Below are positions 38,151-48,842 of a DNA stretch of 59,989 nt, piece by piece. How positions within the stretch are numbered: position 1 is the stretch's first letter; the number at the start of each line of letters is the position of its first letter. The stretch is from assembly GCA_049970895.1 (NCBI GenBank), contig JBMFMB010000008.1:1-59989 (forward strand), in the 5' to 3' direction. The position numbers and the translations under genes are program-made. Source of the stretch: Candidatus Bathyarchaeia archaeon. GTDB lineage: Archaea; Thermoproteota; Bathyarchaeia; Bathyarchaeales; Bathycorpusculaceae. The notes below the pieces were generated by a model. That model was not told where the DNA came from. It saw only the letters and a list, made by a program, of their open reading frames with translations, and did no database searches.

Positions 38151-41100
38151 TTAGGCTCTCTCCTTAAGCTTCAATTTTGGCGCTATACAAAGACTCATCA
38201 GTTCTTGGAGAAGAAGCTTAAAAGCGTAGGAAACTATTACAGGCGAGATTTTAGCCTTGTCTTCGCATATTCTGCAGACATACTTACGCTGTTTTAGGTC
38301 GTAGTAGGCTATGTAGCCACAATTCTCACAAACATAGAGCGTATACTTGTCAGACTCTTCTAAAAGTCTGTCACGGAGAAGCATGGCGGCGCCATGCCCA
38401 ATTAGGCAGTCCCTCTCCATTTCGCCGAAGCGGAGCCCGCCACCACGGGCTCTTCCCTCCGTCGGCTGTCTGGTCAACATTTGCACTTGTCCTCTGGCTC
38501 TTGCATGGATTTTGTCTGCAACCATGTGGTGGAGCTTCTGATAGTAGACTATGCCTACGAAAACGTCTGCCACAAACTTTTCTCCAGTCACACCGTTGTA
38601 GAAGACTTCTTTTCCAGTGTGGCTGAAGCCAAGCTTTATTAGGGCTTTTCTTAGGTCTTCCGCCTTCTCATTGGAGAATGGTGTGCCGTCCACTGGTTTT
38701 CCTCTCATGGCGGCTACTTTGCCTGCTATGGACTCTATGAACTGCCCGATGGTCATTCTTGAAGGGATGGCGTGGGGATTAATTATAATGTCTGGGACTA
38801 TGCCGTCCTCTGTGAAGGGCATATCCTCTTGGGGCACAATAAGTCCAATAACGCCCTTCTGTCCGTGACGGGATGCAAACTTGTCGCCAAGCTCTGGGAT
38901 TCTCTGGTCTCTAACCCTGACCTTTACAAGTTTGCTTCCCTCACCAGACTCTGTTATGAAGACCGCGTCCACTATGCCGGTTTCTGATGGACGCATGTCC
39001 ACAGAAGTGTCCCGCATCGATGGACCCTTAACCTCAAACTCCTTGTACTCTTCAAGGAATCTTGGCGGACTTGTTCTGCCGATTAGAACGTCTCCGCCTG
39101 CAACTTGGGCTTCTAGGCTTATTATGCCGTCCGGCTCCAGAAGCCTATAATATTGTTCACCTCTGAAGCCCCTTGTTCCAGGTTCTGGGATGACGAATTT
39201 GTCTTTTAGTCCTCCCATGTATTGGCGGCATTCAGCCTCATATATACGGTAGAATGTGGAGCGTCCCAAGCCCCTTTCAATGGAGGCTTTGTTAAATATT
39301 AGGGCGTCCTCCATGTTGTAGCCTTCATAGGATAAAACAGCCACAATGCAATTCTGCCCAGATGGGCGAAGCTTATAGCCCATAACCTCCATTAGGGCTG
39401 TTTCAACCAGCGGCGTCTGGGGATAATGAAGTATATGCGCCCTTGAGTCAACACGGAATGGGAAGTTGGTGGCGAAGACGCCGAGCGCCTGCTTTGCCAT
39501 AGCCGCCTGATAAGAGTTTCTGGGCGACTGGTTATGCTCCGCGTAAGGAATTGTTGAGGCACAGATTCCAAGAATCGTGTGGGTTGCAATTTCCAAGTGC
39601 GTGTGCTCCGGGGTTAGTTCTACTGTACTTATGGCGACGTAGGCGTTTTCCTCCTCCTCGGCGTCCAAATACTCTATTATGCCGTTTTTGACGAGGTCTT
39701 CCCAAGACCACAAGCCGTTGGCTATTTTTTCTATGTGCTCTGGTTGAAGCTTTGGAACACCATTTTCAACTATTATTAGCGGGCGCCTAACTCTACCCTC
39801 GTCGCAGTTGACGTATATTTCCTCCCTTTCGCCATACTCCTTTGAGAAGTAGGCAATGTTAACTTCCGTTGAGATTTCACCCATGCGTCGGCGTTGCCTA
39901 AACTCTTGAACCACCTTTTCTGGTGTGGCGCAGTAGCCGACAATGGTTCCATCCACGAAGACTTTTGCACCGTAACGCTTCAGAGTTTCATTCGCCTCAT
40001 AAACTGGTGTGACGCCCATGCTGAACAGTATCTGCTTAACCTTTTCTGGGTTGACGCCTACAGATATGGAGGCTGACAATGCAAGGTTCTTAACTAAGCC
40101 ACAGTTGGAGCCTTCTGGAGTCTCGTTTGGGCATAGGCGTCCCCAATGGGTTGAGTGCAAGTCTCTAGCCTCAAAGTTCGGCTGACTTCTGCTGAGGGGC
40201 GACTGGAGCCTCCTCAAGTGGCTTAGGGTTGAAAGGTAATTCGTCCTATCAAGGAGTTGTGTTACGCCCACACGGCCCCTTCCCCAGTTTCCAGTGGCAA
40301 GGGCGTGCTGAAGCCTCTCAGTTATTATTCCTGGGCGGACGGCAGCTGAAACCGTGATTATTGGTCCTTTAACCCCTATCCTTTCAAGCTGGTATTTTAT
40401 GTCCCTTACAAGGTTTCTGAAGGCTACACGGAACAGGTCCGCCAGAAGCGGTCCAGCGAGCCTCAAACGCTTGTTTTTGAAGTGGTCTTTGTCGTCTGGC
40501 TTTCGCTTTCCAAGCTTCAGCTCTATGACTCTGCAAGCCATTTCGCCGAGGAATATGGCTTTCTCGCGGCGGTTTTGGCTTGTCCTTCCCAAGTGGGGTA
40601 GGAAGTTCTTGTCTATGGCCTGTTCAGCCTTCTGAATTCTGTACTCCTCAACCTGCCCATGGGCTACACGGTTTCCAATATATAAAATTGCATCTCTAAC
40701 TGTGTCGACGCCAACAGCCTTCTCAAAGGATGGTTCCAGCTCACTTTGGATTTCCTCGTCTAGGGAGACAGCCTCAGCAATTTCCTTATCAGATTCAAGC
40801 CCTAAGGCACGCATTACAATAACGAAGGGGACTTCTGTTGGCACTCCAGGCATCGTGACGTATAGGGCTCCATCAGACTTCATTTTCAGCTCTATTCTTG
40901 CTCTGAAGCCAACGGTTGTTGAGAAGAGTTTTGCCTGGTAAACTGGCGTGGCGCCTTTCTCGTCAATGTCAACAATTATGCGGTTAGGCGCTAAATCCTC
41001 CATAGCCACAATAACACGTTCAGAGCCGTTAACAATGAAGTAACCGCCCGGGTCGTCGGGGTCTTCCCCTACGGCTATAAGTTCTTCGCGGGAGAGCTGC

Positions 41101-41516
41101 GACAAGAAGCAGAGTTTAGACTTGAGCATTACTGGGATATTGCCGATGAAAACGAGTTCTGTATCCTGTTCTCTGCCGTCCACAACGGGGGTCATTTCGA
41201 GGGCTATTGGCGCCGCGTAGGTTAAATTGCGAAGCCTAGCCTCTATTGGGTAGATTTCATGTTTTGTTCCGTCAACCTCTGTCACATATGGACCGCTAAT
41301 CCTAGTCTGTGGATCAATTATCCAAACTTGTCCAAGCTTAACTGTGTAGGGGCATTCTGGAACCTCTATTGGGATTTCACCAACTTCATCTACAACCTCT
41401 TGTAGGCCGTGGTCTATGAACTCGTTATAGGAGTCTAGGTGCTGGCGGACAAGTCCCTTCTCTTTGAAGAAAGCCTTTAGAAGTGTGTTCACATCTTCCT
41501 TTGAAAGCTTAACCAT
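38151..41516 (-). CDS. rpoB: DNA-directed RNA polymerase subunit B (Rpo2, unsplit)
   Basis: [28 protein letters not shown]. Confidence 0.98.
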   Translation of the reverse strand: MVKLSKEDVNTLLKAFFKEKGLVRQHLDSYNEFIDHGLQEVVDEVGEIPIEVPECPYTVKLGQVWIIDPQTRISGPYVTEVDGTKHEIYPIEARLRNLTYAAPIALEMTPVVDGREQDTELVFIGNIPVMLKSKLCFLSQLSREELIAVGEDPDDPGGYFIVNGSERVIVAMEDLAPNRIIVDIDEKGATPVYQAKLFSTTVGFRARIELKMKSDGALYVTMPGVPTEVPFVIVMRALGLESDKEIAEAVSLDEEIQSELEPSFEKAVGVDTVRDAILYIGNRVAHGQVEEYRIQKAEQAIDKNFLPHLGRTSQNRREKAIFLGEMACRVIELKLGKRKPDDKDHFKNKRLRLAGPLLADLFRVAFRNLVRDIKYQLERIGVKGPIITVSAAVRPGIITERLQHALATGNWGRGRVGVTQLLDRTNYLSTLSHLRRLQSPLSRSQPNFEARDLHSTHWGRLCPNETPEGSNCGLVKNLALSASISVGVNPEKVKQILFSMGVTPVYEANETLKRYGAKVFVDGTIVGYCATPEKVVQEFRQRRRMGEISTEVNIAYFSKEYGEREEIYVNCDEGRVRRPLIIVENGVPKLQPEHIEKIANGLWSWEDLVKNGIIEYLDAEEEENAYVAISTVELTPEHTHLEIATHTILGICASTIPYAEHNQSPRNSYQAAMAKQALGVFATNFPFRVDSRAHILHYPQTPLVETALMEVMGYKLRPSGQNCIVAVLSYEGYNMEDALIFNKASIERGLGRSTFYRIYEAECRQYMGGLKDKFVIPEPGTRGFRGEQYYRLLEPDGIISLEAQVAGGDVLIGRTSPPRFLEEYKEFEVKGPSMRDTSVDMRPSETGIVDAVFITESGEGSKLVKVRVRDQRIPELGDKFASRHGQKGVIGLIVPQEDMPFTEDGIVPDIIINPHAIPSRMTIGQFIESIAGKVAAMRGKPVDGTPFSNEKAEDLRKALIKLGFSHTGKEVFYNGVTGEKFVADVFVGIVYYQKLHHMVADKIHARARGQVQMLTRQPTEGRARGGGLRFGEMERDCLIGHGAAMLLRDRLLEESDKYTLYVCENCGYIAYYDLKQRKYVCRICEDKAKISPVIVSYAFKLLLQELMSLCIAPKLKLKERA

Positions 41517-41849
41517 TATAAACCAACCCCGCAATCTCTACCCTTTTAATTGATGATAAAGGCGAACACGTGGTGCGCGTTTCTCAAACTTTAAATTCCT
41601 CCGCTTTTGGATCATCCAGCTTTAAAAAGTCTCCAATAATATTGAAGCTAAACACGTAAAACTGCACAGCTCACTAATAAACTTTTTTGTGGAAAAATCC
41701 GTCTTCCAGCTCCGCAACCCCTAAGAAAACCAATATTTATTGAGCCCCCCAGAACCCAATAGTGGCCTACCCCCTCTATTTTTCACGTCTCACCCTCAAA
41801 AGTACAGTCGCTAAGCTTAAATCCCATCATACCATTCTTTGAAAAATGG

Positions 41850-41969
41850 GCGGCGGTAGCCAAGCCAGGTCAAAGGCGGAGGACTCAAGATCGGTGTTTA
41901 GAAGCTATACCCCTATGAGCCATCCTCTCCCGTAGGGGTTCGCCGGTTCAAATCCGGCCCGCCGCACCA
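41850..41969 (+). tRNA. tRNA-Leu(CAA) with 32-nt intron (41890-41921) at position 37/38; CCA encoded
   Basis: Acceptor GCGGCGG/CCGCCGC, anticodon stem GAGGA/TCCTC, loop CTCAAG|A, long variable arm, GGTTCAAATCC T-arm, BHB helix CTCA/TGAG. Confidence 0.95.
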
Positions 41970-41981
41970 ACGTTTTACCCG

Positions 41982-43127
41982 TTAAATTTTGCATGTGAAT
42001 ATTCTTGTTAGTAGTTCACCATGCCATATTTTGCGGTCTCCAATTATGGCTATTCCAGCGTTTTCAGCTGCTTCTCTAAATCTTTTTGATGCCGCCGTTA
42101 TTATGACTAGGGTTGCTTCCGGAGATTTCGTCTTTAACGCCCTAAGGAAGCTTTCGTATAGTTTTCTTATGCCTTTTTTTGGGTTTGCCCTCAGCCCGTA
42201 GGGCGGATTAACGAGGATTAGGTCAAATTCTGCTTCTGGATAGTCCCCGGGTTTTGTGGCGTCTCCAATTTTGAATTTTATTGCTTGGTATACGCCGGCT
42301 TTTTTGGCGTTTTCAATTCCGCCCTGCATGTGTTTGGCGAATTTTTCCATGGCATAAATCGCATATTCGCCTTTGGCCTTTTGTTGGACTAATGTTTCAG
42401 TCCTAACCTTTTCGAAGGCTTCTCGGTTGAAGATTTTGAGCTTTAGGAAGGCGAAGTCTTTCCGCAGATGGTTTGGTGGGATGCCACTTGCTTCTAATGC
42501 GGCTTCTATTGGGATGGTGGCTCCTCCGCACATAGGGTCTATGAGGGATTTGGCTTTTGTCCAGTTGCCTATTCGGAGCATGGCTGAGGCTATTGTTGGT
42601 TTTATGGCTGCTGGGTGGCTATATACGCGGTAGCCCCGCTTATGTAGAGAAGCTCCTGTGGTGTTTACTCCCATTATGAAGTCGCTGTTTCTTACTAGGC
42701 AGTATATTTCAACATCTGGCTCGTTCAAGTTCACCTTCAACCTTTTGCCCGTGGCATTGGCGAAGGAGTCTATTATGGCTTGTCCTGCTACGCGGGAGAC
42801 GTCCATGCTTGTGAAGTTGTGTACGCCGGTTCTTTCGCTTCTTATGGCGAAGGTCTGCTGGGCATCCAATATCCAAGTGTAGTCCAAACTTTTCGCAAGC
42901 TTGTAAATGTCGTTTAAGCCTTCAAAGGTTGACTTGCAAAGTTCGATGAAAATCTTGTTGATGGTTGCCGCCTTCAAGTTTAGGAGGTAAACGTCTTTTA
43001 GGCTGCCTTGGAAGGCTATTCTTCCAACATCCAGTTCAGCTCTAACCCCAGTAAGGCTTTCAACTTCTTTTGAGGCTACATCCTCAAGCCCAATGACCGT
43101 GGTGGCGAAAAATCTGAGCTTCTCCAT
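41982..43127 (-). CDS. trm14: tRNA (guanine(6)-N2)-methyltransferase, THUMP plus Rossmann fold
   Basis: THUMP domain, LHKRGYRVY, DPMCGGATIPIE, NPPYG. Confidence 0.88.
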   Translation of the reverse strand: MEKLRFFATTVIGLEDVASKEVESLTGVRAELDVGRIAFQGSLKDVYLLNLKAATINKIFIELCKSTFEGLNDIYKLAKSLDYTWILDAQQTFAIRSERTGVHNFTSMDVSRVAGQAIIDSFANATGKRLKVNLNEPDVEIYCLVRNSDFIMGVNTTGASLHKRGYRVYSHPAAIKPTIASAMLRIGNWTKAKSLIDPMCGGATIPIEAALEASGIPPNHLRKDFAFLKLKIFNREAFEKVRTETLVQQKAKGEYAIYAMEKFAKHMQGGIENAKKAGVYQAIKFKIGDATKPGDYPEAEFDLILVNPPYGLRANPKKGIRKLYESFLRALKTKSPEATLVIITAASKRFREAAENAGIAIIGDRKIWHGELLTRIFTCKI

Positions 43128-43257
43128 TTCTAAGGATAATGAGTTTTGCGGGTGCTTTAACGATTGCTATGGTCTTGTTGTAGAACCACGCTGGTAAGGG
43201 CATAAAGGCATATATCCCACAATGCACTTTTGAAGATGCTTAAAGGCGAAGTTGGAA

Positions 43258-44169
43258 ATGTCTCTTGCCGAAAAAATATTGCAGTTGAAGAAGGAGAAAA
43301 AAGCCGTTATTTTAGCTCACAACTATCAGAGACCAGAGGTTCAGGACATCGCCGACTACGTAGGAGACAGCATAGAGCTCAGCAGAAAAGCCATGGAGGA
43401 AAAGGAAGCAGAAATAATTGTTTTTGCAGCCGTTGATTTTATGGCTGAATCCGCAGCCATCCTCAATCCAGACAAGAAGGTTTTGCTGCCTTCCGCTGGT
43501 GCCCGCTGTCCCATGGCTCAGATGCTCACCGTTGACGAGATTAAGAGGATACGTGTGCTCTATCCGCTTGTGCCACTGGTTTTATATGTTAACACTTTAG
43601 CTTCTGCAAAGGCTTACTGCGACGTGTGCTGCACTTCAGCCAACGCCGTTGAGGTGATAAACGCCTTAGACGCCGAAACAGTTCTTTTTGGACCAGACCA
43701 CAACTTGGCAGAATACGTCCAAGAGAAGACTGGAAAGACGATTATCCCCATCCCAGAACGCGGTTTCTGCCCAACCCATCTGCTCTTCCACCCAGAAGAA
43801 GTTCAAGTCCTAAAGGCTGATTACCCAGACGCAGTTGTCATGGTTCATCCGGAGTGCACGGCTGAAATGCGCAAAATAGCCGACTTCATTGGGAGCACAT
43901 CCCAAATGTGCCGATATGCAAGGGAAAGCAACGCCAAAACATTTATTGTGGCAACAGAAGAGGGACTATTACACCGTTTAAGGAAGGATAATCCGGGTAA
44001 GCGGTTCATTTTGGCTTATGAGGGCGCCGTCTGCCCAAACATGAAACTAAACACTCTTGAAAGGATTTACACAGCCTTAAAAGAGGAGAAGCATGTGGTC
44101 ACTGTTCCAGAGCCTATAGCAAGCAAAGCAAGAAAAGCCTTGGAAAAAATGTTTGAAATAACCCGTTAG
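43258..44169 (+). CDS. nadA: Quinolinate synthase
   Basis: LAHNYQRPEVQ, GDS, CPMA, YVN, HPEC, CPNMK. Confidence 0.97.
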   Translation: MSLAEKILQLKKEKKAVILAHNYQRPEVQDIADYVGDSIELSRKAMEEKEAEIIVFAAVDFMAESAAILNPDKKVLLPSAGARCPMAQMLTVDEIKRIRVLYPLVPLVLYVNTLASAKAYCDVCCTSANAVEVINALDAETVLFGPDHNLAEYVQEKTGKTIIPIPERGFCPTHLLFHPEEVQVLKADYPDAVVMVHPECTAEMRKIADFIGSTSQMCRYARESNAKTFIVATEEGLLHRLRKDNPGKRFILAYEGAVCPNMKLNTLERIYTALKEEKHVVTVPEPIASKARKALEKMFEITR

Positions 44170-44591
44170 AGCGAGACAATCATTGCCTTGAGGAGTTTGA
44201 CACCCCGTTTTGATGAGAGCTCGTCGCTCAGTTTTCGGATTTCTGCGGCGTCGCCCTTAACTGCAATAGCCTCTAAACAATCTCGCTCGGTTAGGTGGAT
44301 ATGCATTGTTGAAGAGATTATGCCAGCATAATGGTGCTGCACGTCTGTTAGGGCATCTTCCAAACCCCTAACCTCATGGTCGTATAGAAGCATCAAAACC
44401 CCTGCTTGCATTCCCTTCTCCTCCTGAAGCCACTTCTTCTCAGAGATAAAAAGCCTAACAGCTTCCTGAACAGCCTTAGAACGGTTTTCGTAGCCCATTT
44501 TCCGTATAACCTCGTCAAAATCTTTCAGCAAATCTGGTGGAAAGGTTACGCTTACCCGCACTATTTTCTCCATTTTCGCCATGGGAACCAC
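44166..44591 (-). CDS. nikR: Nickel-responsive regulator NikR
   Basis: N-terminal RHH (RVSVTFP...NRSKAV), Ni site QHH...HIH...CLE. Confidence 0.95.
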   Translation of the reverse strand: MVPMAKMEKIVRVSVTFPPDLLKDFDEVIRKMGYENRSKAVQEAVRLFISEKKWLQEEKGMQAGVLMLLYDHEVRGLEDALTDVQHHYAGIISSTMHIHLTERDCLEAIAVKGDAAEIRKLSDELSSKRGVKLLKAMIVSL

Positions 44592-44635
44592 AGTTTTATT
44601 TTTGTTTTTTAACCATAAAGTTTTTATGCAATTTG

Positions 44636-44663
44636 GTATTACGTTAAAGAAAAAAAGTATTAC
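44636..44663 (+). promoter_or_regulatory. Putative NikR operator GTATTA-N16-TATTAC
   Basis: 28-bp imperfect palindrome with NikR half-site spacing, between nikR and the divergent operon, just downstream of TATA-like TTTTTATG (44621). Confidence 0.7.
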
Positions 44664-44674
44664 GAGGATTAGGA

Positions 44675-45205
44675 ATGTCCCTCAAACCATTCGACATAGC
44701 CACAATAGCCATATTCTCAGCCATGTGGGTAATATTAAACATAACAGTTGGACCCCTGGGATTCACGCTGTTTCATCTACCCATATTTTGCGACTTCTCA
44801 GTCTACTTCACCCTGCTTCTGGCTACTTGGGCTTCCGGCAAGGCTGGAATACCATCAATGGTTGGCATAATAGGCGCCATAATAGTGCTGGCAATGAGAC
44901 CAGCATCAACACAAATGATAGGCTTCCTAGCCTCAGCCATGGTCTTTGATGCTTTAATGACCCTCTGCAAGCACAAAGTAAGCCTTAAACCATACAACAT
45001 GTTGGTGGCAACGGTGGCAACGATAATATCCGCCTACTTTGCAGGCGTAGTAATTGGAACAGTCTTTATGGAGAGGTCCCTGGATTGGGCACTGACTTTC
45101 TGGGGTTTGTGGCACCTCATAGGTGGAATAATAAGCCTGATAATCGCTTTGCCAGTGATTGGAGCGCTTGAAAGGGCGAAGGTGAAGGGAGTTAAAAGTG
45201 CTTGA
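44675..45205 (+). CDS. Membrane protein, ECF S-component-like
   Basis: About 5-6 TM segments, 176 aa, N-terminal DIATIAIFSAM typical of S components; divergent from nikR. Confidence 0.6.
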   Translation: MSLKPFDIATIAIFSAMWVILNITVGPLGFTLFHLPIFCDFSVYFTLLLATWASGKAGIPSMVGIIGAIIVLAMRPASTQMIGFLASAMVFDALMTLCKHKVSLKPYNMLVATVATIISAYFAGVVIGTVFMERSLDWALTFWGLWHLIGGIISLIIALPVIGALERAKVKGVKSA

Positions 45206-45641
45206 TGAGAAGGAAGTCCTAACGCTTGAAATTAAGAATGCCGAAAACCTTCATGGACATTTGGGACCATTCTTAGTTATAGGTGTGAAAATGGCGAGGT
45301 TGGCAAAGAAAACGCTAAACGTGGACAATGATAAACTGTGGAACATGCACGTTATAGCGGAGCTCCCGTTAATCACCCCTTTTTCATGCGTCCTTGACGG
45401 CATTCAAGCAGCTACTAAATGCACCATAGGAAACAGAAAGCTTGAAGTTAGAAACTCCAGCGAAGCCATATCGGCAATTTTCAGGCTCAAAAGCCAAGAC
45501 AAAGCCTTAAAAATTTACGTGAAAAAGCATGTGGTAGAAATGCTTAAAGAGCAATTTTCAAAGGGAGTGCCTAACGAGGAGCTTGCCTGGAAAATAGCCG
45601 CCATGCCAGAAAGCCAGTTGTTCAAGGTTGAAAATAGATAA
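45198..45641 (+). CDS. FmdE-family protein
   Basis: HGHLGPFLVIG, CVLDGIQAATKCTIGN. Confidence 0.88.
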   Translation: MLDEKEVLTLEIKNAENLHGHLGPFLVIGVKMARLAKKTLNVDNDKLWNMHVIAELPLITPFSCVLDGIQAATKCTIGNRKLEVRNSSEAISAIFRLKSQDKALKIYVKKHVVEMLKEQFSKGVPNEELAWKIAAMPESQLFKVENR

Positions 45642-45667
45642 ATTCTAATCTTCTGCACCATAGTTTA

Positions 45668-46498
45668 GTGTTTGGTATGCTCAGATGGGAGCATATCGCA
45701 AAAGACTTCATAGCCATAAGTGTCGGCAAAGACCATAACGGCGAGCCATATTACTGGACAACCTTCTACTATTATAGGGGGCTTGTCATAGACTCTGGCT
45801 GCCCACACACGGCTAAAGAAGCGGCAAAATTCATAGAAAACATGAAGTTAGATGTTAAGGCTATCCTCTTAACTCATCATCATGAGGACCACTGTGGCGG
45901 AGCCCCAACTTTCAAAGAAAGGTTTGGCGTTGAAGTTTTTGCCCCTCAAAAGTCGCTGGAAACACTGGCGAAGCCTCCGGAGATTCCAGCCTATAGGCGG
46001 GTGGTTTGGGGTCAGCCTAAACCAGTGCAAGCCAAACCACTAATAGAGGTCGCCGAATTTGGCGGCTTAACCGTTAAAACTTTTGAAACTCCCGGGCACA
46101 GTTTTGACAGCGTCTCCTTTCTAGTTGAAGACTGCCTATTTATTGGAGATTTGGTGACAAATCCTAAACCAGTTATTTTGATGCGGGATGAAAACCTTGA
46201 AGACACGATAAAATCGATTAGAAAAGTTGTGAGTTTAGATTTTGAGAAAGCCTATGGAGGACATGGCTTTTGGGATAAATCCGTTTTGATGAAGGTTTTA
46301 GACAACATTTTTGCATTAAAAATCAGTGTTGAAGCCCTTTTGCGTGAGGGGCTAAGCATTGAACAGATTGTGGAGAGGCTTTTCTCCAAAGTGCCCAATA
46401 AAGTTTTACAAATGGAGGTTGTAAGTCAAGGCGAGTGTTCTAGAGAAAACCTTGTTAAGGCACTCATCGAGATGAAAGGCGAATGTGGGAAGACCTAA
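45668..46498 (+). CDS. Metallo-beta-lactamase fold hydrolase
   Basis: THHHEDHCGG, TPGHS, FIGD, GGHG. Confidence 0.92.
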   Translation: MFGMLRWEHIAKDFIAISVGKDHNGEPYYWTTFYYYRGLVIDSGCPHTAKEAAKFIENMKLDVKAILLTHHHEDHCGGAPTFKERFGVEVFAPQKSLETLAKPPEIPAYRRVVWGQPKPVQAKPLIEVAEFGGLTVKTFETPGHSFDSVSFLVEDCLFIGDLVTNPKPVILMRDENLEDTIKSIRKVVSLDFEKAYGGHGFWDKSVLMKVLDNIFALKISVEALLREGLSIEQIVERLFSKVPNKVLQMEVVSQGECSRENLVKALIEMKGECGKT

Positions 46499-46914
46499 AA
46501 TTAGCCAAAAAGAGGCTTCATGAAAAGGGTTTAACACTTGTGATAGTTAAGGATTCTATAGTACTTTTTGAAAGTAAAGCCCACGGAGTTTTCGCCTTTA
46601 TAGAAGCCCTAGACAAGTTCGGGGACAAAATGAGGGGGACGTCGGTTGCAGACAAAGTCGTTGGAAAAGCCATCGCGCTACTCTGCATTTACGCCGGGGT
46701 TCTGGCTGTTTACGCATCAACCATAAGCGCCAAAGCCAAACAAGTCTTCGAAAACCACAACATCTATTTTGAGTGGGGGCGGCTTGTGGAAAAAATATTG
46801 GACGCTTCCGGAGAGGATGTCTGCCCCTTTGAGAAAACAGCCATGGAAATTGACGATCCGAAAGAGGCTTATGGAAAGTTAAAAGCACTATTGGAAAACC
46901 TTAAAAGCGGATAG
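46483..46914 (+). CDS. DUF1893 (TM1506-like) protein
   Basis: VADKVVGKAIA, CPFE. Confidence 0.85.
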   Translation: MWEDLKLAKKRLHEKGLTLVIVKDSIVLFESKAHGVFAFIEALDKFGDKMRGTSVADKVVGKAIALLCIYAGVLAVYASTISAKAKQVFENHNIYFEWGRLVEKILDASGEDVCPFEKTAMEIDDPKEAYGKLKALLENLKSG

Positions 46915-46929
46915 AGTTGAGGTGCCAAT

Positions 46930-47364
46930 ATGTCGGGAAAGCACGAAGAGTTTATATCCGAAGACGACATTGAACTGAAACGTATTAAGGAAAAGAAACT
47001 GCGCGAATTAATGAAAGAGTTTAGGGAGAAGAAGAATTTGAGTGGACAAGTAATCCATATTACAGATTCAAATTTTAACGAAGTTGTAGGCAAAAATCAG
47101 CTTGTGCTGATCGACTTTTTCGCAGACTGGTGCGTGCCATGCAGAATGATGGCGCCAGTTATAGAGGAACTGGCGAGGGAGTATGCTGGCAAAGTTCTTT
47201 TTGGAAAGCTTAATGTTGATGAGAATCCGGCAACAGCCGACCGCTTCCAAGTTTTTAGCATACCAACCCTTGTAATTATGAAGGCTGGCGAAGAAGTTGA
47301 CAGAATAGTTGGCTTCGTCCCGAAAAGCCAGGTTGAAGCCCGCCTCAAGAGATTTTTGGAGTGA
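46930..47364 (+). CDS. trxA: Thioredoxin
   Basis: WCVPC, KLNVDEN, SIPTL. Confidence 0.95.
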   Translation: MSGKHEEFISEDDIELKRIKEKKLRELMKEFREKKNLSGQVIHITDSNFNEVVGKNQLVLIDFFADWCVPCRMMAPVIEELAREYAGKVLFGKLNVDENPATADRFQVFSIPTLVIMKAGEEVDRIVGFVPKSQVEARLKRFLE

Positions 47365-47365
47365 A

Positions 47366-47512
47366 ATGGACATGGACTTGTACGAGCGCAGAGTCATAGG
47401 CGCCCTACTACTTCTTTTAGGAGTATCCCTATTCGCCATAGGCTTGTACACCGGACAGTTAAACGCCATAATTGAGCTTTTGAAGAAGGCCTTCACCTCT
47501 TCTAGTTTTTAA
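47366..47512 (+). CDS. Small membrane protein
   Basis: Single TM (VIGALLLLLGVSLFAIGLY) immediately after thioredoxin. Confidence 0.5.
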   Translation: MDMDLYERRVIGALLLLLGVSLFAIGLYTGQLNAIIELLKKAFTSSSF

Positions 47513-47581
47513 GCGAAAATCGAAAAACACTTAACATTTCACAGCCAAATGTAGTTCTATCATAGCATGAGAGGTGCGTAT

Positions 47582-48151
47582 ATGAGCCCAAAAATTGAAA
47601 GTGAAATAGGCGAAAAAGAGGCAATCCTTGAAGCTGCAAAGCTTATGCTAGCCGCGGCGAGAACAGCCCCAAAAACAGCTGGAATAGATGACATCCTAAC
47701 AATGATTGTTTATGGCGAGGAAAAAGACGCCATAGCCGAGAAAATGGAGGAGATAGCCGAACAAAGAAAAATTGACGGATTTAAACGCGACGCGAAAAAC
47801 GTGCGGGACTCTGAAGCAGTAGTCCTAATAGGGGTTAGAGGCAACAAAAGCCTAGGATTTAACTGTGGGGCATGTGGCTACAAAAGTTGTAGCGAATTTG
47901 AGGAAGCCCAAAAACGGGTAGGACAAGACTTTATTGGTCCAACATGTCTTTTTAAGGCTTTAGACCTTGGAATAGCCCTAGGCTCAGCCGTAAAAATAGC
48001 GAGTTTCCTAAACATTGATAACCGCATAATGTACCGCATAGGCACAGCAGCACTAAAGCTTAACCTTATGCCCGAAGCCACAGTTGCAATGGGCATACCA
48101 CTTTCAGCTAAGGGAAAGAACATATACTTTGATAGGAAATGGCCGCCATAA
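47582..48151 (+). CDS. DUF2148 ferredoxin-like domain protein
   Basis: ARTAPK, NCGACGYKSC, DLGIALGSA, DNRIMYRIG, KNIYFDR. Confidence 0.88.
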   Translation: MSPKIESEIGEKEAILEAAKLMLAAARTAPKTAGIDDILTMIVYGEEKDAIAEKMEEIAEQRKIDGFKRDAKNVRDSEAVVLIGVRGNKSLGFNCGACGYKSCSEFEEAQKRVGQDFIGPTCLFKALDLGIALGSAVKIASFLNIDNRIMYRIGTAALKLNLMPEATVAMGIPLSAKGKNIYFDRKWPP

Positions 48152-48168
48152 AGATTTAAAGCCCCCTT

Positions 48169-48783
48169 TCAGCTTTGGCTCTTCATTTTCTCATACATTT
48201 TCTCCAGAGTCCACTTGACACTGGATTTTAGCTCCCTTAGGCGTTCAGCATCAAAGTTCTTTATGTGGATTTCTCGGATTATGTCGCCTTCCCTAACAAT
48301 GTTGTAGGAAAAGATTTCTTCGGGCTTAAGCTTCCCAGCCTTAGCTAGTTCGCTGTCTTTCTGCAGCATTTTCGCCAAAACCCTTTCCACCAAAAACTGG
48401 TTGAAGGGCGGCGTGTTAACATTGAAGTTTTTGTCCTCGGCTAAAACAATTTTTAGAAAACCATCACCCACGTAAATCTTTGCAAGGGGTTCGCCAGCAG
48501 CAGTTTTTAGGGGAATAACCTCCTTAAACTCCGGCATAGGTGCTGGCGGGAGAGCCATCTCCTCTTCTGTTGGCACAACCCCCGCTGGCGAAGTTGGCAT
48601 TAGCACCGGGGCTTTTGCGATTTCTGCCCGTTTAAATCCCTTAGCCAAAAGTACCGAGTTCACAGCCTCCAAAATGGATTTCAACTCCTTAAGCTCTGAC
48701 TCAAGCTTTTCAACCCTCTTTTCAAGCTTCTTTTTGAAGGCTAGAAGCCTCTTAACCTCTTCAGCCTCTTCAGACATCCCCAC
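48169..48783 (-). CDS. Hypothetical protein (N-terminal coiled coil, Pro-rich linker, globular C-domain)
   Basis: Heptad pattern LEKRVEKLESELKELKSIL; open 204-aa frame. Confidence 0.78.
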   Translation of the reverse strand: MGMSEEAEEVKRLLAFKKKLEKRVEKLESELKELKSILEAVNSVLLAKGFKRAEIAKAPVLMPTSPAGVVPTEEEMALPPAPMPEFKEVIPLKTAAGEPLAKIYVGDGFLKIVLAEDKNFNVNTPPFNQFLVERVLAKMLQKDSELAKAGKLKPEEIFSYNIVREGDIIREIHIKNFDAERLRELKSSVKWTLEKMYEKMKSQS

Positions 48784-48842
48784 TCACAACTAAATAATTG
48801 CGGCGTCTTAGCTTATCAAACCTTTGATTCTCTGAAGATGGA

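Noticed and set aside
33602-40941. Numerous plus-strand ORFs opposite nusA/L30e/rpoA/rpoB, and similar shadow ORFs elsewhere
   Set aside because: Antisense shadows of highly conserved genes with no motifs of their own
41517-41849. Hidden rpoH or sRNA upstream of rpoB
   Set aside because: No Rpo5-like frame or recognisable RNA motif seen; consistent with divergent promoters for rpoB and the tRNA
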